A DNA stretch of 64,000 bases from Chloroflexota bacterium. GTDB taxonomy: Bacteria; Chloroflexota; Anaerolineae; Aggregatilineales; Aggregatilineaceae. Below are positions 1-10,385 of the stretch, one piece after another; the stretch's first letter is position 1; each line of letters begins with the position of its first letter. The stretch spans positions 47,481 to 111,480 of the forward strand of contig JAAYCM010000129.1 in NCBI GenBank assembly GCA_012729765.1. The letters run 5' to 3'. The notes beneath the pieces were generated by a model. That model made no database searches. It was not told where the DNA came from and saw only the letters and a list, made by a program, of their open reading frames with translations. The translations under genes and the position numbers were made by a program.

Positions 1-2099
1 GCGACCAACTCGGCTTCCAGATTCAGCCCATCGCGCACATACCAGCGCTCCCCGATATACGTATCGTAGGGCAGGGCAGACGGGAAGCCGTAGTTACTGA
101 CAGCCATCAGGTAAACGCGATCCCATTCCAGCCCCTTGGCAGCGTGCATGGTCGCAACCGTGACCACACCGGGCTTCGGCTCATAGCCGGCTTCGGCATC
201 GTCGAACCCGATGAACTTACGCTCGTTGCTGCCGATCGCACGCAGCTCCTCGACAAACTGGGGCAGCCGCCAGTCAGGATAATTCTGCAACATGCCGCGC
301 AGCAAGACGGCGATCTTGTAAGTGAGCGCGACACTGATCAGGTCGGTAAATAGATCTTGCCCAATGGTCAGCACCAGTTGATCGATTGGCAGGCTGACGG
401 CTTCCAGCCAGCGGCGGACCTGCTGCCGGAAGCGGGCCAGGTCTTCAACCAGCCAGCTATGTTCATCCGCAATCTCCCCCAGATCGAGCGCACTCTGATC
501 CGCTTCCGGCCAGAGGAAATCTTCCAGCCGTTGGAAGCGGCCAAACGTTTTGGTGAGCGTCTGGCGCAGTTCCAGGTCTTCATTGACCAGCGCACGTCGC
601 GACTCGGACATCAGTGTCCAGTAGATCTGTTTGAGCGCCTTCAGATCGAGCGGATCGGCAAGATATTCGAGCACGGTACGTAGGATCGTAACGGCCTCAC
701 GCGTCGCGGTGGTACTGCGCAGTAGTTCTTCATAGGGGATCTTGTAACGGCGCAGCAACTCGACCAGCTTGAAGCCCCGGCTGTTCTCCGGCACCAGCAC
801 GCCAATCGTCGGGCGCTGATCCTCTGGCAGGGCCGAGATCTCCTGCAGGTAGCCGAGCAGCGCATAATCTTCACCGACGGCGACCATCTCCAACTCTTTT
901 TCCGGCGCGATCTTTTGATCCGGCTGGTATTCGAGATGGATGAAGCACGCCGAGTCAGGCGGGTTAGGCTGGGGGTCCTTCTTGGGGGTGAGGCGGATAA
1001 TGCCGCGCCGCACGCCGGTACGCTTGTTCTCGCGCAGGTTGAAGGCAGATCGAAGATCCGGCGAGACATGCTCCTCAACCGTCCAGCGCACCAGCTCGTT
1101 CGCCAGATTCGCGATCCGCCCGGCGGAACGCCCGGACACCGACAGCGCGTATTCGGTCACGCCGCGATTCTTGCGCTTGTCGAGGAAGTTCAGCAGAAAC
1201 GCCGGATCGGCAGTGGTAAAGGTAGTGTTGATCGCCTGGTTGGGATCCCCCACGCGCACCCAGTTCTGCTTGCCGCTGAGTTTGGTCAGCATCTCCTCTT
1301 GCAGCCGGCTGCTGTCCTGCGCCTCGTCTTCAAGGATATACGGCCAGCGCGCCCGCAAACGCTCCAGATAGCCCTCATCACGATCAAGGGCTTCGAGCGC
1401 CAGCCGGACCAGATCGTCGAAATCCACCGCACCGCGATAGGCGAGGCTGCGCTGGTAGTCGGCGTAAACCTGCGTGGCAAACCGCACCAGATCGAAACGA
1501 TGGGTGCCGATCGGCTCCAGTGCGGCCAACAGTGCTTCAGGACTCTGGCGCATATCTTTGGCACGCTGGATGAAGCGGATCACAAGCTCCGGCATTTCCT
1601 GCTCGAAGGCCCGCCGCGCCGATTTCTCGTTGGTCCCTTCCTCGGCGGTAATATAACCTTCGAGCTGATCCCACCAGCCCGGCAGACATTGGGCCACAAT
1701 CTCACGCTGAATCTCCAGCGCCGACTTTTCATCCAGGATTGTGAAGTCATCCGACAGGCCGACCAGGGCCGGGCGCTCGCGCACGATATCATGCGCCAGG
1801 CCGTGCAGCGTGCGGACACGATAGCCAACGAACGGCAGCAGCCCATAATGATCGCGCAGAATGCGGGCGATACGCGCCTGGAAGCTGTTCACCGCCGAAT
1901 TGGTGAACGTGACCACCAGCACTTCCTGATCGCGATCAAAATCGAGCCGCCGATCCGCGATCATACGGGCGGCCAGGTGCGCCAGCGTGAACGTCTTGCC
2001 GCTGCCGGGCACGGCGGCGACACCCGCCTTACCGTGTGTATAGCCTTCGATAATCTTGGCCTGCTCGCGGCGCAGCTTCAAACGGGGCGCTTCAGGCAT
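1..2099 (-). CDS. UvrD/Rep/PcrA-family ATP-dependent DNA helicase; C-terminal part runs off the left edge
   Basis: My own translation of the minus strand from the ATG at 2099..2097 stays open to base 1. The ORF is absent from the supplied track because it is edge-truncated. SF1 helicase motifs read: Walker A AVPGSGKTFTL, Ia VVTFTNSAV, II ILEDEAQDSS, III VGDPNQAI, V TVATMHAAKGLEWDRV. Confidence 0.85.
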   Translation of the reverse strand, partial: MPEAPRLKLRREQAKIIEGYTHGKAGVAAVPGSGKTFTLAHLAARMIADRRLDFDRDQEVLVVTFTNSAVNSFQARIARILRDHYGLLPFVGYRVRTLHGLAHDIVRERPALVGLSDDFTILDEKSALEIQREIVAQCLPGWWDQLEGYITAEEGTNEKSARRAFEQEMPELVIRFIQRAKDMRQSPEALLAALEPIGTHRFDLVRFATQVYADYQRSLAYRGAVDFDDLVRLALEALDRDEGYLERLRARWPYILEDEAQDSSRLQEEMLTKLSGKQNWVRVGDPNQAINTTFTTADPAFLLNFLDKRKNRGVTEYALSVSGRSAGRIANLANELVRWTVEEHVSPDLRSAFNLRENKRTGVRRGIIRLTPKKDPQPNPPDSACFIHLEYQPDQKIAPEKELEMVAVGEDYALLGYLQEISALPEDQRPTIGVLVPENSRGFKLVELLRRYKIPYEELLRSTTATREAVTILRTVLEYLADPLDLKALKQIYWTLMSESRRALVNEDLELRQTLTKTFGRFQRLEDFLWPEADQSALDLGEIADEHSWLVEDLARFRQQVRRWLEAVSLPIDQLVLTIGQDLFTDLISVALTYKIAVLLRGMLQNYPDWRLPQFVEELRAIGSNERKFIGFDDAEAGYEPKPGVVTVATMHAAKGLEWDRVYLMAVSNYGFPSALPYDTYIGERWYVRDGLNLEAELV

Positions 2100-4198
2100 C
2101 AGGGCACTTCCTCAAGCTGATCGTAGCGCTGGATAATCTGCTGGAAGGTTTGCAGGAGCGGGCCGCGCTGCTCGAAGCCCTGCTCGCTCAGGTTCGAAAT
2201 CCCGATGTAAATGTGCTCCTGGCAGCGCCGCACCAGCCCGACCATCAGGCGGCGTAGTGTATCGCGCCGGGAGAAATATTCCTGCTCATCGGTCCACATC
2301 TGATCGTGCGGATAGCCGCGCGCCAGCACATAGGGATGGGTGAGCGGCTGCTCCAGGCGCTCCCACCAGGCGTTACTGCCAATGTCGAGCCAGAACTGGT
2401 AGCTGACACGGCGATTACGCATCAGGAAAGTGTAGGCCGGGGCCAGAAAAACGGCGTCCTGCTCGACCTGCTGCCAGCTAGCCACATACGTCCCGGCCAA
2501 CAGCCCGGCCTGAACCAATTCATAATACTCGCGCGAGATGTCGATCCAATCGGTCACATCCTCGGCACGCGGATAGAGCGTCTGGCGGAAGCGCCGCGCC
2601 GACTCGACCAGCTCGGCCACCACACGCCCGGCGTCCAGATTGGTATGGAATCCGAAGCCGGGCTGCGACAGCACCTCGCCAAACAACCGGCTCAGGAAAT
2701 GATCAGGAGGCATCGTGCCCGCGTCCTCATCCTGATAGGCCGCCAGCCAGCGCCGCAGCCGCTCATACTTTTCGCCCGCCCGATAGGTGATCCGCTCCTG
2801 GGCGGCCAGCAGAATCGCATCGAACGTGCCCAGCTCGATCCGGCCAGGGCGGTAGACGATCTGGGCCAGCAGCCAGGCGCGCACCGGATCAAGTTCTTCG
2901 ATCACCTGTTGCAAGGCGTTCGCCACATCCAGCAGCGGGGGGTGAACATTCCAGCCAGGATGCGCCAGCGCCATCAGAGTCAGGACTGCACGCGCCGCCG
3001 GCTCGTCACGAACAGCCCGCGACGGGCGGTGCGACACCGTGCGGATTCCGCGCTCGTGCAGACGCGTGGTCAGCGCAAAACGCAGCGAGTCACCGAGCAG
3101 CGGGGCCAGTACCACGATCTCACCCGGCGGCACGCCGTGCTGCACCAGCGCCGCAACCTGGTTCACCGCCCATTCCAGCATCTCTGGATAGAACTGGCAG
3201 AATTCCAGGGTGAAACCCGCGCGCGGATTCTCACCCGCCGGAAAGCTGCGCGGGCGGTCGGCATCGAGCAGCGTCCCCAACTCATGCGCCAGGGTGCCCA
3301 GCGTGGGTGGGAGATTGTAGGGCTGCTCCCACGCCTCGGCCTCGTCACAGCGTGCTTTCAGCTCCAGCCCGCCGCCAGGATCGGCCCCCAGGAAGACGCG
3401 ATAACCGGCATCGGTATCGTACAGCAGCAGGGCCGAGTCCAGATCGTCCCAGGCCCACCGGATCACGTCGCGCGTTACCGGGGTATGCTCTTCGAGGTTA
3501 TCGGCGATCAAGTGACGGTAGTTCTGCTGGAAGAACTCACGGTAAAGCGCTTCATCCAGCAGATAATTGACCAGCAAATCGATCTGGAGTGAGAAGTCCA
3601 GCAGATTGTTTTCCAGGCAGTAGGCGCGGAACCGTTCGGCCACATGCTGCGCCGCGTGATAGACCGGCGGGCGGCTGGAGTGACGGTCGCCCCACGCGGT
3701 AACCAGGCGCTCCGTGACATCGTCCAGAGCAAAGCCATTGATCGCCGCCTTCGAGAGGTTGTCGAGCACCTGCGTCATAATGCGAAACGGGGTGATATTG
3801 ACGCTGTCGAACACCCCGGTCTGAACGGCCTCGTTCACAAAGCGCCACATATAGTACTGTGCCGTTTCGACATTGAGGAACTGCGGCTCAGCTTCCGGAT
3901 ACGCGAAGCCGGCTTTTTCGGCCACCAGAGGCCAGAAGATTTCCAGCCCACGCCGCGCCAGTCCGCCGATCGTCACCAGATCGATCTGTGCACCGTCCGG
4001 CCAGTCGGGGGCAGTGAAGGCGTGCTCATAGGGCCAGCCTGCCGAGCGCTGCGGCAGCAGGATCAGAATCTGCTCCGGACGCACACCATCATCGAGCAGG
4101 CGGCGGAGCTCTCCAATCGCGTAGGTTGTTTTGCCGGTCCCGGCAGGTCCTTCAATGAATCGCGTGCGGGCCATACGCACCTGCCTCTTTTCCAGCAC
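2099..4198 (-). CDS. UvrD-like helicase-related P-loop NTPase (699 aa), upstream partner of the truncated helicase
   Basis: ORF track. Walker A FIEGPAGTGKTTYAI lies near the N-terminus. C-terminal LMVGLVRRCQEHIYIGIS resembles the SF1 motif VI region. The TGA stop overlaps the ATG of the next gene (TGATG at 2097..2101). No RecB-type nuclease motif recognised by eye. The start could instead be the internal MARTRF. Confidence 0.7.
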   Translation of the reverse strand: MLEKRQVRMARTRFIEGPAGTGKTTYAIGELRRLLDDGVRPEQILILLPQRSAGWPYEHAFTAPDWPDGAQIDLVTIGGLARRGLEIFWPLVAEKAGFAYPEAEPQFLNVETAQYYMWRFVNEAVQTGVFDSVNITPFRIMTQVLDNLSKAAINGFALDDVTERLVTAWGDRHSSRPPVYHAAQHVAERFRAYCLENNLLDFSLQIDLLVNYLLDEALYREFFQQNYRHLIADNLEEHTPVTRDVIRWAWDDLDSALLLYDTDAGYRVFLGADPGGGLELKARCDEAEAWEQPYNLPPTLGTLAHELGTLLDADRPRSFPAGENPRAGFTLEFCQFYPEMLEWAVNQVAALVQHGVPPGEIVVLAPLLGDSLRFALTTRLHERGIRTVSHRPSRAVRDEPAARAVLTLMALAHPGWNVHPPLLDVANALQQVIEELDPVRAWLLAQIVYRPGRIELGTFDAILLAAQERITYRAGEKYERLRRWLAAYQDEDAGTMPPDHFLSRLFGEVLSQPGFGFHTNLDAGRVVAELVESARRFRQTLYPRAEDVTDWIDISREYYELVQAGLLAGTYVASWQQVEQDAVFLAPAYTFLMRNRRVSYQFWLDIGSNAWWERLEQPLTHPYVLARGYPHDQMWTDEQEYFSRRDTLRRLMVGLVRRCQEHIYIGISNLSEQGFEQRGPLLQTFQQIIQRYDQLEEVP

Positions 4199-4385
4199 CG
4201 ATTAAAAACGAAACGGATGTTCTGAATTGTTCCCAGTATAACACAGCCGCCCAGGGAAACGAAAAAGAGATCACCGGCTAACCGCGACAATCGTCGCTAG
4301 AGAAATTAAGCCACTAGCGTTAGACTACAAAAGCATTATAGTTCGAACCTGCCCGAACATTCCAACCAAACAGGATTTTTTCCCG

Positions 4386-7148
4386 ATGATCGATACCCAA
4401 TCTTCCTGGCACGCGCAACCGCTCGATACGGTACTGGAAACGCTCCAGACAGACGGTGAGCACGGCCTGTCGGAAGCTGAAGCGGAGCGGCGGCTGGCGC
4501 AATATGGGCCAAACGCGCTGCGCGAACAGCCCCGTCCAACCTTCTGGCAGCGATTGCTGGCCCAGTTCCAAAACTTTGTGATCTACATCCTGGTCTTCGC
4601 AGCACTGCTCTCAGCGGCGCTAGGCGACTGGGTAGAAGCCGCTGCGATTGCGGCCATCGTTACGCTCAACACTATTCTGGGCGTCGTGCAGGAAGGGCGG
4701 GCGGAAGAAGCGTTGGCCGCGCTGCGCCGGCTGACTTCACCCGATGCAACCATCATTCGCGGCGGACACCAGCGCGTGATCCCGGCCAGCGAACTGGTGC
4801 CGGGCGATGTGGTGGTGCTTGAGGCCGGCAACCATATTCCGGCGGACGCGCGCCTGATCCAGACCATGAATCTCAAGGTAGATGAAGCCTCGCTCACAGG
4901 CGAGTCTGTGCCGGTCGATAAGCGCGCCGACCTGACAAGCAGCCCTGAAGCGACACTCGGCGACCGCAAGAATATGGTCTATATGAGCACAACCGCCACC
5001 TATGGCCGAGGCCGGGCGGTGATCATCCACACCGGGATGCAGACCGAAGTCGGCAAGATCGCCGACATGATCCAATCTACCGAAACCGAAACCACGCCCC
5101 TACAGCAGCGGCTCGACCAGCTTGGACGAACGCTGAGCATCGGCGCGCTGGTGATCTGCCTGGTGGTCGGGATCGTGATCTTTGTGCGCGAGATCACGTC
5201 GGAAGATATGAAGCTGGTCGATGCGCTGACCGATGCGATCATGATCTCAGTCGCGCTGGCGATCGCCGCCGTGCCGGAAGGGCTGCCCGCCATCGTCACG
5301 ATCAATCTGGCAATCGGGATGCGTGAAATGATCCAGCGCAACGCCCTGATCCGGCGGCTGCCGGCGGTCGAAACCCTAGGCAGCGCCTCGGCCATTTGCT
5401 CGGATAAAACCGGCACCCTGACGCAGAACGAGATGACCGCCGTCAAGCTCTATGCCGACGGCAAGACGATCGATGTGAGCGGGCGGGGTTATACGCCGGA
5501 AGGCGGTTTCCAACATGGAGACCGCGAGATCGAGATCATGAGCCTTCCCGCAGCACACCAACTGCTGCTTGGCGGGCTGCTGGCAAGTGATGCACAACTT
5601 GAGAACGGGACCGCCGACAACGGGCACACTGCCGGCTATCGCATCATCGGCGATCCGACCGAAGGCGCGCTGGTCGTGGCGGCAGCCAAAGCCGGGCTGT
5701 GGCGCACAGCAGCGGAAGCCGAATATCCGCGTGTGAACGAAATCCCGTTTGACTCCGTGCGCAAGCAGATGACGACGATCCATCGCTGCACAGATGACAG
5801 TTATCTGGCCTTTACAAAGGGCGCACCGGAGATCGTGCTGGAGCATTGCGACACGGTGCTTGAGGATGGGCGGGTAGTCCCGTTAACCCATGAGCAACGC
5901 ACTGCCATTCTGGACACCAATCAGGCCCTGGCAGAACAGGCGCTCCGCGTGCTGGCAGTCGCCCGGCGAGAACTGGACACCCTGCCGGATGCCATCACCC
6001 CGGAAACTATCGAGCGGAACTTTACGCTGCTGGGGCTGATCGCGATGATCGACCCGGCCCGACCGCAGGTCAAACCGGCCATAGAGCGGGCACGCCACGC
6101 CGGAATTCGAACCGTGATGGTGACCGGCGACTATCCCGACACGGCGCGCGCGATCGCGCAGGAGATCGGGCTGCTGCAAAACGGCGGGCGCGTGATGCGC
6201 GGCACCGAGATCGACCAGTATTCGCCCGAAGAACTGGCCGCGATCATCGAGGATGTGGACGTGTTCGCACGCGTCTCGCCGGAGCACAAGGTACGCATCG
6301 TCGAAGCCTTCCAGGCGCGCGATCATGTCGTGGCGATGACCGGCGACGGTGTGAACGACGCCCCGGCGCTCAAGCGGGCGAGCATCGGCGTAGCGATGGG
6401 CATTACCGGGACCGATGTCTCGAAGGAAACCGCCGATATGGTGCTGACTGACGACAATTACGTAAGTATCGTCTCGGCGGTCGAGCAGGGCAGGGTGATC
6501 TATTCCAACATCCGTAAATTCGTCTTCTTCCTACTCAGCTGCAACCTGGCCGAGATTGGCGTGATCTTTGTGGCCACACTGGCCGGTACACCCCCGCCGC
6601 TGACTCCAATCCAGCTTTTGTGGCTAAATCTGCTGACCGACGGCGCCCCGGCGCTGGCCCTGGGCGTGGAGAAGGGCGATCCCGATATCATGGACCGGCC
6701 ACCGCGCCCGGTGCGCGAGCCGATCATCAACCGCGATATGCGGATCGGCGTTGTGGTGCAAACAATCTTCAAGACGGCGGTCACGCTGGCAGCATTTGCG
6801 TTGGGGCGGCATCTTGATCCCGACAGTTGGGAGCTGGCGCGCACGATGGCATTTGTCACACTCTCGATGTCGGAGCTGGCGCGTGCCTACACGAGCCGCT
6901 CGGAGCGCTACCTGCTGCTGAAAATGGGCGTCTTCACCAACAAATATATGCAGTACGCGGTGGCAACCTCGCTGATCCTGCTGGTGCTGGTACTTTATAT
7001 CCCGTTCCTGCAAGGCGTGTTTGACACGGTGGCACTGTCATTGGAACACTGGCTCTACCTGCTACCGCTGATCCTGCTGCCGGCAATCGCGGCGGAAGTC
7101 ACCAAGCTCTACTTGCAGCGGCTTCCCGAAGAGGCGACAGCGCATTAG
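4386..7148 (+). CDS. P-type (P2A, SERCA/PacL-like) calcium-translocating ATPase
   Basis: 920 aa. Motifs read: TGES, phosphorylation site [38 protein letters not shown]-terminal cation-ATPase segment [25 protein letters not shown]-type Ca-site residues are present: PEGLPA (TM4), N/E in LSCNLAEIG (TM5), [13 protein letters not shown] (TM6), E in LSMSELA (TM8). Confidence 0.95.
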   Translation: MIDTQSSWHAQPLDTVLETLQTDGEHGLSEAEAERRLAQYGPNALREQPRPTFWQRLLAQFQNFVIYILVFAALLSAALGDWVEAAAIAAIVTLNTILGVVQEGRAEEALAALRRLTSPDATIIRGGHQRVIPASELVPGDVVVLEAGNHIPADARLIQTMNLKVDEASLTGESVPVDKRADLTSSPEATLGDRKNMVYMSTTATYGRGRAVIIHTGMQTEVGKIADMIQSTETETTPLQQRLDQLGRTLSIGALVICLVVGIVIFVREITSEDMKLVDALTDAIMISVALAIAAVPEGLPAIVTINLAIGMREMIQRNALIRRLPAVETLGSASAICSDKTGTLTQNEMTAVKLYADGKTIDVSGRGYTPEGGFQHGDREIEIMSLPAAHQLLLGGLLASDAQLENGTADNGHTAGYRIIGDPTEGALVVAAAKAGLWRTAAEAEYPRVNEIPFDSVRKQMTTIHRCTDDSYLAFTKGAPEIVLEHCDTVLEDGRVVPLTHEQRTAILDTNQALAEQALRVLAVARRELDTLPDAITPETIERNFTLLGLIAMIDPARPQVKPAIERARHAGIRTVMVTGDYPDTARAIAQEIGLLQNGGRVMRGTEIDQYSPEELAAIIEDVDVFARVSPEHKVRIVEAFQARDHVVAMTGDGVNDAPALKRASIGVAMGITGTDVSKETADMVLTDDNYVSIVSAVEQGRVIYSNIRKFVFFLLSCNLAEIGVIFVATLAGTPPPLTPIQLLWLNLLTDGAPALALGVEKGDPDIMDRPPRPVREPIINRDMRIGVVVQTIFKTAVTLAAFALGRHLDPDSWELARTMAFVTLSMSELARAYTSRSERYLLLKMGVFTNKYMQYAVATSLILLVLVLYIPFLQGVFDTVALSLEHWLYLLPLILLPAIAAEVTKLYLQRLPEEATAH

Positions 7149-7169
7149 TGGAAATGTCAGGCTGATCAC

Positions 7170-7202
7170 AGGGCCGTCCGGCAGGCTGGGCGGCCCCATT
7201 TT
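7170..7202 (+). terminator. Putative rho-independent terminator after the P-type ATPase gene
   Basis: 6-bp GC stem GGGCCG (7170..7175) / CGGCCC (7190..7195) with a 14-nt loop, then CA and a TTTTT run ending at 7202. Confidence 0.45.
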
Positions 7203-7300
7203 GATCCAGATTAGTATAGTATATCGAGCGTTATTAATTCTAACAGAGTGATACTGTAATTCTTTAAGGTTCAGCACCTCGAACTCTGCCGAGAAAAGCC

Positions 7301-8227
7301 ATGAAAGCATTCTACAGCGATAAATTTGTGCTGCCGTTGCCGGAAGGGCACCGCTTCCCGATGCGAAAATATGCCCTGGTGCGCGAGCAGCTAGTTGCTC
7401 AGGGCATCCTCACGCCGCGTGATTTGCGGGTGCCGCGTGCCGCCACCGATACCCAGCTTCTACGCGCGCACGAGGCCGCCTATCTGCACAAGGTCAAGAC
7501 CGGGCAGCTCAGCGAGAAGGAAATCCGGCGGATCGGCTTCCCCTGGTCACCGCAGCTGGTCGAGCGGTCGCGGCGCTCGGTCGGCGGGACGATCGGGGCC
7601 TGCCGCGCAGCGCTGAGTGACAGGATTGCCGTTAACCTGGCCGGGGGAACGCACCATGCCTTCCCAGACTACGGCGCGGGTTTCTGCGTATTCAACGACG
7701 TGGCGGTCGCGGCGCGCAGTATGATCGCGGAAGGGCGAGTGAGCCGTGTGGCGATCCTGGACTGTGACGTTCACCAGGGTGACGGCACGGCGGCGATTCT
7801 GGCGCACGAACCGGACATCTTCACGTTTTCAATCCACAATGGGCGCAACTTCCCATTCCACAAGCAGCACAGCGATCTGGATATCGAGCTAGACGATGGG
7901 GCCGATGACGTGGTTTATCTTAGCGCGCTGAAACACGGCGTCGAGCAGGCGCTGCGCCTGGGCCAGCCCGACCTGGCGATCTTCCTGGCCGGGGCCGACC
8001 CGTATGTGGGCGACCGGCTGGGCCGCTTATGTGTGAGCAAGCGCGGATTGGCCGAACGCGACCAATACGTGATCGACCTGTGCACGCTGCACGGCATCCC
8101 GCTGGCAATCGTCATGGCCGGTGGGTATGCGCACGAGATTCAGGACATCGTGGACATTCACACCGAGACGGTGCGGCTGGCGGCATTGAACGCCAGTACA
8201 CAGGCTCAACAACCACCAGAAGGGTGA
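7301..8227 (+). CDS. Histone deacetylase-family (AcuC/HDAC-like) zinc amidohydrolase
   Basis: 308 aa. Hallmark segments GGTHHAFPDYGAGFCVFNDVAVA, DCDVHQGDGT and AGADPYVGDRLG. Confidence 0.9.
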   Translation: MKAFYSDKFVLPLPEGHRFPMRKYALVREQLVAQGILTPRDLRVPRAATDTQLLRAHEAAYLHKVKTGQLSEKEIRRIGFPWSPQLVERSRRSVGGTIGACRAALSDRIAVNLAGGTHHAFPDYGAGFCVFNDVAVAARSMIAEGRVSRVAILDCDVHQGDGTAAILAHEPDIFTFSIHNGRNFPFHKQHSDLDIELDDGADDVVYLSALKHGVEQALRLGQPDLAIFLAGADPYVGDRLGRLCVSKRGLAERDQYVIDLCTLHGIPLAIVMAGGYAHEIQDIVDIHTETVRLAALNASTQAQQPPEG

Positions 8228-8342
8228 GCGCCGCGTGTGGGGAGACGCGGCGCTCTAACGGGTGGGGTGGTGGGATGTTTAATACTAACGCTTAACGAGA
8301 GTATAAAAAACCTGTAGAAATTTGTCAAGGTCTGATAAAAAT

Positions 8343-9062
8343 TTACAGGCTGGCTTGCAGCGCAGCGATCACGGCGGCAACCAACTGCGGATCGAGCTGG
8401 CCATCCACGCGCAGGCCGCGGTAGTACTGGCCGGGCGCGGCAAGATAGAGCACCCACGCCTGCTCGTCGTAGTCCACACGCTCGATCTCGTCCAGCCGGT
8501 GCGCCCAATCGCGGCGCTGGCCCAACAGATAGATCTTCTCGCCGGTGACATAGAGCTTGCCGGAATCCAGCACGACGCCCGGCTCACTGCGCGACCAGAC
8601 GCCCTGTACCGAAGTCTGGTGATAGGTCACGCCGCGCAGGGCCAGGTATGTTTTTTCGCCGGGAATCATCAGCGGTGGGGGCGGGCTGAGCACGATTGGC
8701 TTGAGCCACGACAGATCGCCGTGCTGCGCCTGCTGCACCCGCGTACGCTGCACATAGCCGCTGGTGCTGATTGTGAGCGCCGCTTCAGCAGTGAGCCAGC
8801 CCGCTTTCCCCAGGTGGATGCTGACGTAGTAGTAGGGCGCGGCCCGGTTGACCCGCCGGTAGCGGATGCGCCAGTCGTCGAGATCAGACTCGTCCACATC
8901 CAGCCACGCCGTCGAGCCGCACTGGCTGCATTTCAACGTAGCGTATTCACTGCCCAGCCCTAGGAACTGGCGACTCGGCAGCAGCGTGGTCGTGCCCTCA
9001 GCGTGGCAGTAAAGGCAGCCCTGAAGCGGGGGCAGCAGCGCCAAGGCATCCGCATCATCCAT
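8343..9062 (-). CDS. Hypothetical protein: N-terminal zinc-ribbon-like CxxH...CxxC plus C-terminal PH/GRAM-like segment
   Basis: 239 aa with non-shadow amino-acid composition. Reads CLYCHAEG ... CSQCGS, and C-terminal LDSGKLYVTGEKIYLLGQRRDW. Function unknown. Confidence 0.6.
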   Translation of the reverse strand: MDDADALALLPPLQGCLYCHAEGTTTLLPSRQFLGLGSEYATLKCSQCGSTAWLDVDESDLDDWRIRYRRVNRAAPYYYVSIHLGKAGWLTAEAALTISTSGYVQRTRVQQAQHGDLSWLKPIVLSPPPPLMIPGEKTYLALRGVTYHQTSVQGVWSRSEPGVVLDSGKLYVTGEKIYLLGQRRDWAHRLDEIERVDYDEQAWVLYLAAPGQYYRGLRVDGQLDPQLVAAVIAALQASL

Positions 9063-9084
9063 ACCGGCTCATCTGGCCAATCAG

Positions 9085-10122
9085 CTAAGCGTATGGCTTG
9101 AGAAACCCCATACGCTCACGAACGGTTTCAAGAGTTTTGTTCGCTACCGTCGCCGCGCGCTCGGCACCCTGGGCCAGCAGCGAATCGAGGTAACTCCTAT
9201 CGTCGGTCAGCTCGCGATAGCGGCGCTGGATCGGCTCCAGGGCCGCGACCACAACCTCGGCCACATCCTTCTTCAAATCGCCGTAGCCGCGCGCCGACGC
9301 GAAATGCGTCTCAATCGCCTCACGGCTCTCGCCGGTCAATGCCTGGTACAGCTCCAGCAGGTTATTGACACCGGCTTTCTCCGGGTCCTGGCTGAAGCGA
9401 ATCTCGCGGCCCGAATCGGTCACGGCACGCATAATCTTCTTGCGGGCGCGGTCGGGCGGGTCGAGCAGATAGACGGCGTGATATTCCGAGCCGGTTTCGC
9501 TCTTGCTCATCTTGGCGGTCGGATCATCCAACCCCTTGATGCGCGCGCCCGACGGCGGGATCATGGCTTCGGGAATGGTGAATGTCTCGCCGAACAGGTG
9601 ATTGAAGCGCTGCGCAACGTCGCGGGTCAGCTCCAGATGCTGGCGCTGATCCTCGCCCACCGGGACGGCATCGGCCTGATAGAGCAGGATATCGGCGGCC
9701 ATCAACACCGGGTAATCGAGCAGGCCCGTGCTGACCGAGTCCGCCTGCTGTTTGGCAGCCTTATCCTTGAACTGAGTCATACGGTTCAGCCAGCCGAGCG
9801 GCGTGATACAGTTGAGCAGCCAGGTCAGCTCGGCATGAGCTTGAACGTGCGATTGCACGAAGATCGTCGAAGCTTCAGGATCGATCCCACTGGCCAGATA
9901 CAGCCCGGCGACTTCGCGCGTCTTGGTATGCAGATCGGCGGAGTCGTAGGGCACCGTGATCGCGTGTAGATCGACCACACAGAAAAAGCTGTCAAAATGG
10001 TACTGCTCGCGCGCCCACTGCCGCAGCGCGCCGATATAATTACCAATCGTGAGATTGCCCGATGGCTGCACGCCAGAAAACACGCGCGGACGGGCCTTGG
10101 TTGGAGAGCCGTTGTCGCTCAT
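9085..10122 (-). CDS. trpS: Tryptophan--tRNA ligase
   Basis: 345 aa. Class I signature region VFSGVQPSGNLTIGNYIGALRQW and KMSKS loop (AKMSKSE). Confidence 0.95.
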   Translation of the reverse strand: MSDNGSPTKARPRVFSGVQPSGNLTIGNYIGALRQWAREQYHFDSFFCVVDLHAITVPYDSADLHTKTREVAGLYLASGIDPEASTIFVQSHVQAHAELTWLLNCITPLGWLNRMTQFKDKAAKQQADSVSTGLLDYPVLMAADILLYQADAVPVGEDQRQHLELTRDVAQRFNHLFGETFTIPEAMIPPSGARIKGLDDPTAKMSKSETGSEYHAVYLLDPPDRARKKIMRAVTDSGREIRFSQDPEKAGVNNLLELYQALTGESREAIETHFASARGYGDLKKDVAEVVVAALEPIQRRYRELTDDRSYLDSLLAQGAERAATVANKTLETVRERMGFLKPYA

Positions 10123-10173
10123 GAATCGATTTATCCCAATGTGAGCAGGTTACACGCCAAAAACTGAGCGTGG

Positions 10174-10202
10174 ATTGTAACACCCGGCTGCTGACCGGGC
10201 AA
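10174..10202 (-). promoter_or_regulatory. Sigma70-like promoter candidate for trpS
   Basis: On the minus strand: TTGCCC (10202..10197), 17-nt spacer, TACAAT (10179..10174). About 50 nt upstream of the trpS ATG. Confidence 0.45.
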
Positions 10203-10258
10203 CAGCGCTCAAACGCAAGAGGCCCACAGCGTCACGCCGCAGGCCCCCAACATAGAGA

Positions 10259-10334
10259 TGGTGCCGCCGGTAGGAATCGAACCCACGACGCCTAGTTCCG
10301 AAGACTAGCGCTCTATCCTCTGAGCTACGGCGGC
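10259..10334 (-). tRNA. tRNA-Arg (anticodon TCG), CCA encoded
   Basis: The reverse complement folds as a 76-nt cloverleaf: GCCGCCG-TA-GCTC-AGAGGATA-GAGC-G-CTAGT-CTTCGGA-ACTAG-GCGTC-GTGGG-TTCGATT-CCTAC-CGGCGGC-A-CCA. Confidence 0.9.
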
Positions 10335-10385
10335 AGTACGGTCAATCTTACCATGCGTGCCGGGGCAGATCAATATGCGCCCCGG

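Noticed and set aside
10123-10258. Looked for a T-box leader upstream of trpS.
   Set aside because: Only about 136 nt separate trpS from tRNA-Arg, and a promoter candidate leaves a leader of about 50 nt. That is too short for a T-box, and no T-box consensus was seen.
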